Assembly (NCBI GenBank): GCA_018067115.1
Contig: JAGPVI010000314.1
Span: 1-40,016 of the forward strand
DNA: 40,016 nucleotides
Reading direction: 5' to 3'
From: Bizionia sp.
GTDB lineage: Bacteria; Bacteroidota; Bacteroidia; Flavobacteriales; Flavobacteriaceae
Shown: positions 27,862-36,870 of the stretch, in pieces
Position numbering within the stretch: the stretch's first letter is position 1
Layout of the letters: every line of letters begins with the position of its first letter
Position numbers and translations under genes: made by a program
Notes under the pieces: generated by a model
The model's input: the letters and a program-made list of their open reading frames with translations, nothing else
What the model was told of the DNA's origin: nothing
Database searches by the model: none

Positions 27862-28617
27862 ATGCATATAGTTGTTGTAGAGGATGAAGATTTAGCTGCA
27901 GACTATCTTATAGGTTTGCTTAAAGCACAACAGGTGGTATCTATTTCGCAAATCACTCACTTGGCCTCGGTGCAAGAAATGGTTTCTTTTTTTAGTATTA
28001 CGCAACCGGATTTAATCTTTATGGATATTCATTTGGGAGACGGGAAAAGTTTAGAAGCTTTTACAAAAACAAACATTACGGCGCCCATAATATTTACAAC
28101 TGCCTACGATGATTATGCTATAAGCGTATTTAAACACTTTACAATAGATTATTTACTAAAGCCATTTGAGGCAGCGCAGGTGGATGAAGCCTTACAGAAA
28201 TACACGCAAATTAAAAAGAGCTTCTCATTTTATAACACAGCAAAATCTATAGAAGCTTTAGAAAGTAAAACCCAAAAAGACCGATTTTTGGTTAACTCTG
28301 GGCATCATTTAAAATCGATAGAAAGTGCAGAGGTTGCTTTCTTTTATAGTGAAGGGAAAAACTTATTTCTATTTACAACGCAGTCAGATAATTATTTGTA
28401 CAACGATACGTTACGCGATATTTTTGAAAAACTGAACCCGGAAATATTCTTTAAAGTCAGTAGGAATTATATAATTCATATTAATAGCATTAAAGAAATA
28501 GTGAAACATAATCCTCAGAAAATTGAGGTGCGTTTAAAGTTTGAGCACGCTAGTATAAAGCCAATATTAGTGAGTAAATTTGCGCTAAAACGTTTTAAAA
28601 CGTGGTTAAATAAGTAG
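27862..28617 (+). CDS. LytR/AlgR (LytTR) family response regulator
   Basis: VVEDE, DLIFMDIHL (phospho-Asp), IIFTTAYD, DYLLKP; C-terminal LytTR domain LNPEIFFKVSRNYIIH. Confidence 0.93.
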   Translation: MHIVVVEDEDLAADYLIGLLKAQQVVSISQITHLASVQEMVSFFSITQPDLIFMDIHLGDGKSLEAFTKTNITAPIIFTTAYDDYAISVFKHFTIDYLLKPFEAAQVDEALQKYTQIKKSFSFYNTAKSIEALESKTQKDRFLVNSGHHLKSIESAEVAFFYSEGKNLFLFTTQSDNYLYNDTLRDIFEKLNPEIFFKVSRNYIIHINSIKEIVKHNPQKIEVRLKFEHASIKPILVSKFALKRFKTWLNK

Positions 28618-28668
28618 GTTTTTTTGTAATAAAATATAGTATACCACCAAGTCCCTTCGGTTTAAAAC

Positions 28669-28700
28669 AAAAAAAAGATGATTCTTTCAAATCATCTTTT
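28669..28700. terminator. Probable bidirectional terminator
   Basis: AAAAGATGATT-ctttca-AATCATCTTTT between convergent genes. Confidence 0.7.
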
Positions 28701-28723
28701 CTAATTTATAGTAGTGTAAACGC

Positions 28724-29683
28724 TTACGCTTTTGCACTGTTTAGTTTTTCAAGTTCCGTTAGCATTACTTTTGTTGTTGCTTCTAGGTCAAAACTATGAT
28801 TCCAGTTCCAATCTTCTCTAGCAGACGTATCGTCGATGCTTTTTGGCCAAGAATCGGCAATTTGTTGTCTAAAATCTGGCGAGTAACTTATGGTAAACTC
28901 AGGAATATGCTTTTTAATCGATTCTGCCATCTCTACAGGCGTAAATGACATCGCCGCTAAGTTATACGACGAGCGTATCTTTATAGCTTCAGGTTTAGCA
29001 TCCATGATATCTATTGTTGCCTTTATAGCATCTTCCATATACATCATTGGTAACTTAGACGTTTCATTTAAGAAACAATCGTACGTTTTATTTTCTAAGG
29101 CTTTATGGTAAATTTCAACAGCATAATCTGTTGTTCCACCGCCAGGTAAAGTTTTCCAACTTATAATACCAGGGTAACGAATACTACGCACATCTACATT
29201 ATATTTCTGGTGGTAATATTCACACCAGCGCTCGCCAACTTGCTTCGTAATACCGTAAACGGTTGTTGGTTCCATAGAGGTGTATTGTGGTGTGTCTTCT
29301 TTAGGTGTCGACGGTCCAAAAACAGCAATACTAGATGGCCAAAACACTTTGTTTATAAACTTCGCTTTCGCCAAATCAAGCACGTTAAAAAGAGAGGTCA
29401 TATTTAAGTCCCAAGCCTTATTTGGGTACTTTTCTCCTGTAGCACTTAGCATAGCGGCCATTAAATAAACGGTGTCAATATTGTGTTTTTCTACACATAC
29501 GTTTAGAGAGGCATAATCCATTGCGTCTACAATTTCAAAAATCCCCGAATTAACCAATTCAACATTACCGTAGTTAATATCGCTAGCAATAACATTGTCA
29601 TCACCGTGAATTGTTCTCAGTTTGTAAGTTAACTCAGATCCTATTTGGCCACAGGCACCAATAATTAATATTTTTGAAGACAT
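28724..29683 (-). CDS. tdh: L-threonine 3-dehydrogenase (SDR / NAD-dependent epimerase type)
   Basis: ILIIGACGQIG, LSATGE, PSSIAVFG, YGITK (YxxxK), PGGGTTDYAV and RQQIADSWP are characteristic of SDR-type threonine dehydrogenases. Confidence 0.88.
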   Translation of the reverse strand: MSSKILIIGACGQIGSELTYKLRTIHGDDNVIASDINYGNVELVNSGIFEIVDAMDYASLNVCVEKHNIDTVYLMAAMLSATGEKYPNKAWDLNMTSLFNVLDLAKAKFINKVFWPSSIAVFGPSTPKEDTPQYTSMEPTTVYGITKQVGERWCEYYHQKYNVDVRSIRYPGIISWKTLPGGGTTDYAVEIYHKALENKTYDCFLNETSKLPMMYMEDAIKATIDIMDAKPEAIKIRSSYNLAAMSFTPVEMAESIKKHIPEFTISYSPDFRQQIADSWPKSIDDTSAREDWNWNHSFDLEATTKVMLTELEKLNSAKA

Positions 29684-29709
29684 AGTTTAAATCTTATGTT
29701 TTAGGAGTG

Positions 29710-29814
29710 CAAAAATACTAAGATTTTATTCATTATAAAGGGGTTTAACAATAAAAAATAGGCTTAAAGTTTTAATGAAAAAAGAAAGTAAAACTAAGGA
29801 ATACAATATATTTG
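29710..29814. promoter_or_regulatory. Divergent -7 promoter elements
   Basis: TATTTTTG (minus, 29710-29717) before tdh and TATATTTG (plus, 29807-29814) before the lipoprotein. Confidence 0.55.
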
Positions 29815-29835
29815 TAAATCAAAACAACACTAAGT

Positions 29836-30372
29836 ATGAAGTTTTTATACCTATTATTTCTTTTTACATTCTTACTATCTTGTAACTCTAAAACAGCGCA
29901 ATCGAGTGATGAAAATGTATCGCAAATGGATACAACGGCTATTACTACAGAAAATATTGAAGCTATTAAATATGTAGATTATGGTATCGATAGTAAGGCT
30001 AAAACAACTCTAGATTCTTGGCAAGCCTATAGCGATGTCTCTCGTGCGATTGCACAAGTTAAGATTGCCGATTTTTCATTTTTTACGGCAGACGAAGCCT
30101 TGTTTATGTCCACGGTTAAAGAATTAGGCTCGACGATTCCAGAACAAATAAATTCCGACCCTGTACAGGCGAGAATTTTAGCGCTTACCACAAAAATGTA
30201 TACGTTAGAAGAAATGCTAAGTTTAAAAACGACGCATAAAAAAGATAAATTAAAAAGTATAAGAGATGTGCTTCAGGCATTTTCGTATTTAACACTTCAG
30301 GTGAATAAAAAATATGAAAAAGAAGCGCAAAACATTATAAAACCAGTATTTAATGAGATTGAAATTGAATAA
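29836..30372 (+). CDS. Hypothetical lipoprotein
   Basis: Lipobox FLLS|CNSK; helical-looking body; no family recognised. Confidence 0.75.
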   Translation: MKFLYLLFLFTFLLSCNSKTAQSSDENVSQMDTTAITTENIEAIKYVDYGIDSKAKTTLDSWQAYSDVSRAIAQVKIADFSFFTADEALFMSTVKELGSTIPEQINSDPVQARILALTTKMYTLEEMLSLKTTHKKDKLKSIRDVLQAFSYLTLQVNKKYEKEAQNIIKPVFNEIEIE

Positions 30373-30934
30373 AAATATAGCCGTAATAGCGATTGTCCTT
30401 TTAGGTTTTTCTTGTAATAAAGAAGTGAAAACAGAAAATTATAAAGAAGAATCAATTCAAAAGACAGACGAAATTTCTGATGAAACCACAAAGGAAACAG
30501 TCCACGCAACTATAGATTTGTGGCATAAAGCTGCTGCCGAAGCTAATTTTGAAGCTTACTTTAATCTAATGACTCCAAATGCGGTTTTTATTGGTACAGA
30601 TGCTACCGAAAACTGGGGAGCAAACGAGTTTAAGGCTTACGCAAAACCACATTTCGACAAAGGTAAAGCTTGGAGTTTTACTTCTATAGAGCGTAATATT
30701 TTCGTTTCAGAGGATAAACAAACGGTTTGGTTTGACGAGTTGTTAAACACGCAAATGAAAATCTGTCGCGGTTCTGGGGTATTAACAAAAGAGGGTAGCC
30801 AATGGAAAATCGCCCATTATGTATTGTCTATTGCTATTCCAAACCCAAAGGTTAAAGACGTTGTCGCGCTTAAAAATGAGTCCGATAGTTTGTTGGTTAA
30901 ACAATTAGTAATTAATAAATTAAATGTGAAGTAA
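30353..30934 (+). CDS. NTF2/SnoaL-like family lipoprotein
   Basis: LLGFS|C lipobox; WHKAAAEANFEAYF, FIGTDATENW, VWFDELL, CRGSGVL, WKIAHYVLS. Confidence 0.82.
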   Translation: MRLKLNKNIAVIAIVLLGFSCNKEVKTENYKEESIQKTDEISDETTKETVHATIDLWHKAAAEANFEAYFNLMTPNAVFIGTDATENWGANEFKAYAKPHFDKGKAWSFTSIERNIFVSEDKQTVWFDELLNTQMKICRGSGVLTKEGSQWKIAHYVLSIAIPNPKVKDVVALKNESDSLLVKQLVINKLNVK

Positions 30935-30945
30935 AACACGTGTTA

Positions 30946-33294
30946 TTAAAATCGGGCTGAAAGTCCGCCACCTGCTCCAAAACGGTTATCATAACTAGCC
31001 ATTATCGAAAAATCACGAGACAAATAGTATTCTAATCCTGTGCTCCAAGATATTTCTTTTGCAAAATGATCTCCCGTTGGAAGAGTGTCTATCCAACCAA
31101 AATCTGCTTGATATTCGTAAGCGCCAAAAATAGCAGTTCTCGGAAAAATAAGTATTTCTCGGCTTAAACTAATTTGTGGTCTTAATTTGTTGTCAATACG
31201 CACATCAAGATCAATAAAATACGGAGTTAAATACCGCACTCCTGCAATAGCAGTTGTAGAGATTTCCTCTAAGCTATCGTCCATTTTATTTTCAATATTA
31301 ACACCTCCAAAAACTCTTAAATAATCGTGTAAATACCTTTCGTATGTGACTTCAGCTTCAAGGTTTTTGTTCCATCCATATTCGGTTTCTACATTAAATT
31401 GGTTACGAATATTAGAAGCCGTAAAGCTAAAGGCGCTCATGTGTGTCCCCACATCTAACGTTGCCCATGAATAATATTTATCGGCTTCAGAAATTAAATG
31501 TTGTAAAGGGTAGTCTTTTAAGCGTTGGTCCCTAGGGGTATCGTAACTAATAACTCTTGCCATTCCGCTCATCATATGGTAAAGTATATGGCAATGAAAG
31601 AACCAGTCGCCATATTCGTTACCATAAAATTCTATAGTAACTTGCCCCATTGGGGGTACATTTACAGTATGCTTTAAAGGCGAGTATTCTCCATTTTTAT
31701 TAAGAACTCTAAAAAAGTGACCGTGTAAGTGCATAGGGTGATGCATCATTGTAAGGTTGTTTAAAGTAATTCGTGTTACCTCTTTTTCATGTATTTTTAT
31801 TTTATCGGTTTCAGAAAGTGGAACACCATTCATGCTCCATATATACCGCTGCATATTTCCGGTTAAGTTTAGTAAGATTTCCTTTACAGGAATATCAATA
31901 TTATACGCTGTTTTCTCTGCTGATTTTAAATAGTTGTAATTATATTCTGAAAACATAGCCATACCATCCATTTCTTTCATTTCGGATTGTTCTGTGTTCA
32001 TTGTGTCCTTTCCTTTTGCCTCTTTAGGCATTGTCATCTCTGTATGGTTCATTTCCTTATTCATAGAAGCGCTCTTTACCTCGTGATTCATTTTGCTATT
32101 GCCAGAAGATTGCTTCATATTATTCATAGTCATACCACTCATTTGCATCCCGTATTCTGCTTTCATTTCGAAACGATCATCTTTATTAGGTTGAAATTTT
32201 AAAGCATGAGCCCCCATTTTCATATCCATTTTGGCCATTTTTTGCATCATTTTTATTTTATCTGGTTTAGAAACAACGGGTGCAGGTAGGGTTTTACCGC
32301 TACCAATATATGCATTCGCAGTTCCAGAAGCATCTTGTGCCATAGCTCTAAACTCAATCTTTCCGGTTTGTGGAATAGTAATAATAAAATCGTAAGTTTC
32401 TGCTGTAGCAATAAACGTTTTGTTTTTTTTAATGGGTTGAACATTAATACCATCTGCCGAAACTAGAATGGGCATATCGCCACCAAAAGTCATCCAAAAC
32501 TGGGTAGATGCCGACCCATTTATAATTCGTAACCTGACTTTTTCTCCTGCTTTAAAATTCTTGTATTCTGGGTTTTGATTTCCGTTGACTAAAAAAGCTG
32601 GGTAATATATATCTGCAATATCAGCACCTTCCATCCGCTGTCTCCAAAAGTCCAGCTGTGCTCCAAAAGCTCCGCGACCTATTACTTCATTTAATGGCGT
32701 AGAGGTGCCTTTTTTCATTCCGTACCACTCATTACCACGTTTTAGATTACGCAAAATAGAAATAGGTTTTTCGTTAGACCAGTCGGAGAGTACCAAAATT
32801 AAATCTTTATCATAATCCAGTTTTTTTACTTTAGGATGTATAAGAATAGAGCCAAATACACCACTTTGTTCTTGTAACATGGTATGAGAATGATACCAAT
32901 AAGTTCCAGATTGTTTTATAGGGAACTCATATTTTAGAGTTTCTCCAGGACGAATGGGTGGAGTTGTTAAGTAAGGTACGCCATCATAAAAATTAGGTAA
33001 AATAAAACCGTGCCAGTGCACTGAAGTCTCCACGGTCATTTCGTTCTTTACATATATAACGGCATATTCACCTTCAGTAAATTCTAAAGTCGGTCCAGGG
33101 ATTGTGCCGTTTACAGTCATTCCTTTAACCGCTTGGCCTGTTTTGTTTACCATCCCTTCCTTAATGACTAAGGTGTATTCATGAACAGGTAATGTGTTGC
33201 TATTCCCTTCTTTAGAGGCTTCAAAGAGATTCTGGCCTATTGCGGCTTGAAAACTCATAAGGATTAAAACTGAGAGATATTTTAGATGTTTCAT
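30946..33294 (-). CDS. CopA-like multicopper oxidase with Met-rich insert and C-terminal probable beta-barrel
   Basis: All four Cu-binding motifs are present: VHWHG, YWYHSH, HPMHLHGH and HCHILYHMM. It has a Met-rich linker and a ~190-aa C-terminal region ending GGGLSARF. Confidence 0.93.
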   Translation of the reverse strand: MKHLKYLSVLILMSFQAAIGQNLFEASKEGNSNTLPVHEYTLVIKEGMVNKTGQAVKGMTVNGTIPGPTLEFTEGEYAVIYVKNEMTVETSVHWHGFILPNFYDGVPYLTTPPIRPGETLKYEFPIKQSGTYWYHSHTMLQEQSGVFGSILIHPKVKKLDYDKDLILVLSDWSNEKPISILRNLKRGNEWYGMKKGTSTPLNEVIGRGAFGAQLDFWRQRMEGADIADIYYPAFLVNGNQNPEYKNFKAGEKVRLRIINGSASTQFWMTFGGDMPILVSADGINVQPIKKNKTFIATAETYDFIITIPQTGKIEFRAMAQDASGTANAYIGSGKTLPAPVVSKPDKIKMMQKMAKMDMKMGAHALKFQPNKDDRFEMKAEYGMQMSGMTMNNMKQSSGNSKMNHEVKSASMNKEMNHTEMTMPKEAKGKDTMNTEQSEMKEMDGMAMFSEYNYNYLKSAEKTAYNIDIPVKEILLNLTGNMQRYIWSMNGVPLSETDKIKIHEKEVTRITLNNLTMMHHPMHLHGHFFRVLNKNGEYSPLKHTVNVPPMGQVTIEFYGNEYGDWFFHCHILYHMMSGMARVISYDTPRDQRLKDYPLQHLISEADKYYSWATLDVGTHMSAFSFTASNIRNQFNVETEYGWNKNLEAEVTYERYLHDYLRVFGGVNIENKMDDSLEEISTTAIAGVRYLTPYFIDLDVRIDNKLRPQISLSREILIFPRTAIFGAYEYQADFGWIDTLPTGDHFAKEISWSTGLEYYLSRDFSIMASYDNRFGAGGGLSARF

Positions 33295-33535
33295 TTTTGA
33301 TGGTTATATTGAGATTATAAGCGAGTAATTACTAAATAATTTGTAGAAAATTAAAAAGCGGTTGTAAGTTCTTATTAATTAATCAACATAAAATAAAGTA
33401 AAAAGCAGTAATACTGTATTTTTTAAGGCTATTATTTTGTTAAAAATTAATCCTTTCATGTTAATTCCTTATATAATTACAAAATTACTGCCTAAATTAC
33501 GAGCTTAAAAACCAATACAGAAACTTTAATTAAAT

Positions 33536-35629
33536 ATGAAAAAACTTACTTTATTAGGTGCTGTCGCAATTTTTAGTGTTGTATCGTGTAAAAACGAACC
33601 AAAACAGGAAGACACTAAGGATATGGCGAAAGTCGAACAGGTACCAGGAATTAATCTAGATTATATGGATAATTCTGTAAAACCAAACGACGACTTCTTT
33701 AGTTATGTCAACGGAAAATGGATAGAAACCAATGAGATTCCAGACGATAGAACGACGTGGGGAAGTTTTATGGAGTTACGTAAAAAAACAGATGAAGATG
33801 CTTTAAGTATTTTAAAATCTGCAATGGCTAACGATAGTGATCCAGATAAAATAGTAGTGACTCCAGGGTCAGATCAAGAAAAGGCGGTATTCTTATTCCA
33901 AACAATAATGGATACAGAAAGTAGAGATAAGCAAGGTATTGAGCCTTTAAAACCTTATTTAGAGCGCATAGAGCAAATTAAAAATGTAAACGATTTAGAA
34001 GCTTATTTAATAGAAATGGAGCCACAAGGTGGTGGTGGATTCTTCGGTTTCTATGTGTATGCAGATGCTAAGGATAGTAATAAAAATGCTGCGTATTTAA
34101 GCCCAGGAAGTTTAGGGCTTCCAGATCGTGATTATTATATAAAAGACGATGCTGATTCTAAAGAAAAGAGAGAAGCTTATGTTGCTCATATAACAAGAAT
34201 GTTACAGTTTCTAGGTGATGCCGAAGAAAATGCGAAGCAGCAAGCAGAGCAAATTTTAGCTTTCGAAACAGTTCTTGCAGAGCCTAAGTTAGATAAGGTA
34301 GCATTGCGTGATAGACGAAATACTTATAACCCTACAGCAATTTCAGATTTGCAAAAAATGGTGCCAGCAATAAACTGGACAACTTATTTTGATGGTATTG
34401 GAGCTAATAATCTTGATACGGTAATTGTTAGAGAGCCAAAATATATGAAAGCGTTACAGCAGGTTTTAGCTAAAGGGGATGTGAACCAGTGGAAAGCGTA
34501 TTTGCGTTGGAGTTCTTTTAACGATGCTTCTGGAAAATTAAGTTCAGAAATCGAGAAGGCAGATTGGGATTTCTATAGCAAAACACTAAATGGTGCAAAA
34601 GCACAGCGCCCATTAGAAGAACGTGCATTAGCAACCATAAATGGAACTGTAGGTGAAGCGTTAGGGAAGTTGTATGTAGAGAAAAAATTTCCTGCAGAGG
34701 CTAAAGTGAAAGCAGAAAAAATGATTGATAATGTAATTCTTGCTTTCGAAGAACGTATCAAGAAGTTAGAATGGATGAGCGAAGAAACGAAAACGAAAGC
34801 CATCGAGAAATTGCAAGCAACCACTGTTAAAATTGCATATCCAGATAAATGGAAAGACTATTCTGATTTAGATGTAAAAAGTGTTGAGGATGGTGGTACA
34901 TACCTATCTAATATGCATCATGCATCAGTTTGGAGATATAAAGAAAACTTAGACAAGTTAGGAAAGCCTGTTGATAAGACAGAATGGGGAATGGCGCCAC
35001 AAATTGTGAATGCTTATTTTAACCCAAGTTATAACGAAATTGTTTTTCCAGCAGCAATCTTACAACCTCCATTTTATAATTATACTGCAGACGATGCTGT
35101 AAATTATGGTGGAATTGGTGCAGTAATTGGCCATGAAATCTCTCATAGTTTCGATGACTCTGGCTCTCGTTACGATAAAAACGGAAACTTAAATAACTGG
35201 TGGACAGACGGAGATTTAGAGCAATTTGAAGGTTTAGGGAAAAGTCTAGCCGATCAATATAGTGCTATCGAAGTATTGCCAGAAACTTTTATTAACGGAG
35301 AGTTTACTTTAGGTGAAAACATTGGTGACTTAGGAGGTGTTTTAGCTGCTTACGACGCTATGCAAATGAGTTTTGAAGATAACGGAAGACCAGAGAAAAT
35401 TGATGGATTTACAGCAGAACAACGCTTCTACTTAAGTTGGGCTACCGTTTGGAGAACCAAAATGAGAGACGACGCCTTAAAAACTAAAATTAAAACCGAT
35501 CCGCATTCTCCAGGAATGACAAGAGCGGTACAGCCTTTATTGAATGTTGATTCATTTTATGAAGCTTTTAATATTAAAGAAGGTGACAAAATGTACATAG
35601 CGCCAGAAAATCGCGTTAGAATTTGGTAA
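33536..35629 (+). CDS. M13 family (neprilysin/PepO-like) metallopeptidase, lipoprotein
   Basis: Lipobox VVS|C; DDFFSYVNGKW, VNAYF, GHEISHSFD (HExxH), GENIGD, DPHSP. Confidence 0.95.
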   Translation: MKKLTLLGAVAIFSVVSCKNEPKQEDTKDMAKVEQVPGINLDYMDNSVKPNDDFFSYVNGKWIETNEIPDDRTTWGSFMELRKKTDEDALSILKSAMANDSDPDKIVVTPGSDQEKAVFLFQTIMDTESRDKQGIEPLKPYLERIEQIKNVNDLEAYLIEMEPQGGGGFFGFYVYADAKDSNKNAAYLSPGSLGLPDRDYYIKDDADSKEKREAYVAHITRMLQFLGDAEENAKQQAEQILAFETVLAEPKLDKVALRDRRNTYNPTAISDLQKMVPAINWTTYFDGIGANNLDTVIVREPKYMKALQQVLAKGDVNQWKAYLRWSSFNDASGKLSSEIEKADWDFYSKTLNGAKAQRPLEERALATINGTVGEALGKLYVEKKFPAEAKVKAEKMIDNVILAFEERIKKLEWMSEETKTKAIEKLQATTVKIAYPDKWKDYSDLDVKSVEDGGTYLSNMHHASVWRYKENLDKLGKPVDKTEWGMAPQIVNAYFNPSYNEIVFPAAILQPPFYNYTADDAVNYGGIGAVIGHEISHSFDDSGSRYDKNGNLNNWWTDGDLEQFEGLGKSLADQYSAIEVLPETFINGEFTLGENIGDLGGVLAAYDAMQMSFEDNGRPEKIDGFTAEQRFYLSWATVWRTKMRDDALKTKIKTDPHSPGMTRAVQPLLNVDSFYEAFNIKEGDKMYIAPENRVRIW

Positions 35630-35655
35630 TACCTTACCGAGTGACATAATAATTT

Positions 35656-35682
35656 AAAAGCAGCTCGTCGAGCTGCTTTTTT
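35656..35682 (+). terminator. Intrinsic terminator after the M13 peptidase
   Basis: AAAAGCAGCTC-gtc-GAGCTGCTTTT plus T-run, followed by a TACTTTTG -7 element (35689-35696) for the next gene. Confidence 0.88.
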
Positions 35683-35736
35683 ATTTTCTACTTTTGTGGG
35701 CAACTGCTTAACAATTCGTAATAAAACAAATAATTT

Positions 35737-36516
35737 ATGATTTTAAAATATAAAGGTGCTGCTCTTTATTATACTGCAAAAGGACATGGAGAGGCTGTTG
35801 TTTTACTGCATGGTTTTTTAGAGGACCATACTATGTGGGACGATGTAGTAAAGCTGGCATCACAAAACAAAACGGTCATTGCTATAGATTTATTGGGGCA
35901 CGGTAAAACAGATTCTCTAGGGTATATTCATTCTATGCAAACTATGGCGGAAGCTGTTAAAGCTATTTTAGATCACCTTATTATTAACGAAGTTACATTC
36001 GTTGGTCATTCTATGGGAGGTTATGTTGCGTTGGCTTTTGCAAAACACTATCAAAATCAAGTAAAAGGTCTGTGTTTATTAAATTCAACTTTCCAGCCAG
36101 ATAGCGACGATAGAAAGCTATTACGAACGCGTGCAAATAAAATGGCGCAACAAAATTTTGAGAGTATTGTAAGAATGAGTTTTGCTAATTTATTTACACC
36201 AGAAAGTAAATTACAGTACGAATCTGAATATAAAAGAGCGCTTACAACAGCGTTAAAAACCTCGCTTCAAGGCTACATGGCAGCAAATGAAGGAATGAAA
36301 AATCGTGAAGACCTCTCAGATTTTTTTGCTGAAGCACCCTTTAAAAAATTAATGTTATTAGGAGAAAAGGATACACTTTTAGATCTCAATCTTATCCTAG
36401 AATATGCTAAACAAAACACTATTGATGCTACAGTTTTTTCTGAAGGACATATGAGTTATATAGAAAATAAAGCCGAATTCCTAAGATCAGTAATGTCTTT
36501 CATCGAAATTAAGTAA
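35737..36516 (+). CDS. Alpha/beta fold hydrolase
   Basis: VVLLHGF, IDLLGHG, GHSMGG nucleophile elbow, GEKD and GHMS complete a Ser-Asp-His triad. Confidence 0.92.
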   Translation: MILKYKGAALYYTAKGHGEAVVLLHGFLEDHTMWDDVVKLASQNKTVIAIDLLGHGKTDSLGYIHSMQTMAEAVKAILDHLIINEVTFVGHSMGGYVALAFAKHYQNQVKGLCLLNSTFQPDSDDRKLLRTRANKMAQQNFESIVRMSFANLFTPESKLQYESEYKRALTTALKTSLQGYMAANEGMKNREDLSDFFAEAPFKKLMLLGEKDTLLDLNLILEYAKQNTIDATVFSEGHMSYIENKAEFLRSVMSFIEIK

Positions 36517-36573
36517 CTTTATAACGATTATTAATTTCATTTTACTTAGATTAGAAGTCCTAAATCTAACCAA

Positions 36574-36831
36574 ATGAACAATTTAAACCGTAAAAGGGCT
36601 ATTGTGCCTAAATTGTATTGTAATGTTTTTGGGCATCGCTATTATGTTTCTAAGCTAATAACAGCGCATGTTAAAGAATATAAATGCAGCCATTGTAAAA
36701 AAGAATTAACCACAAACTCAAAAGGAGACTTAATCGAGCTTACTACTAGATTTAAAGAAATAAATTGTGTTTTGGAAAATATTCACAACAAGCGACTATT
36801 AAAATTAAAAGAGACGCCTGTTGTAAAATAG
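36574..36831 (+). CDS. Small hypothetical protein with CxxFGH...CxxC motif (DUF1660-like)
   Basis: YCNVFGHRY...YKCSHCKKE; fills the gap between the hydrolase and thiL without overlap. Confidence 0.7.
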   Translation: MNNLNRKRAIVPKLYCNVFGHRYYVSKLITAHVKEYKCSHCKKELTTNSKGDLIELTTRFKEINCVLENIHNKRLLKLKETPVVK

Positions 36832-36870
36832 AATGTTTTCCTAATATAATTACAAACTGGAATATATCGT

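Noticed and set aside
18643-28723. Protease-SusCD locus as an integrative element at tRNA-Asn
   Set aside because: No integrase, and no duplicated tRNA 3' end was found at the far side; the native terminator follows the tRNA. Old acquisition is possible but needs comparative genomics.
33400-33424. CAGTA-a-TACTG palindrome in the oxidase/peptidase divergent spacer as a copper operator
   Set aside because: Only 5-bp arms in very AT-rich DNA, and no cognate regulator nearby
28890-34824. Short ORFs 28890-29111, 29210-29407, 29280-29468, 30297-30509, 31773-31958, 31987-32202, 32253-32453 and 34573-34824
   Set aside because: Shadow or alternate-frame ORFs. The His/Cys-rich look of 31987-32202 is just the reverse complement of the ATG-rich Met linker.
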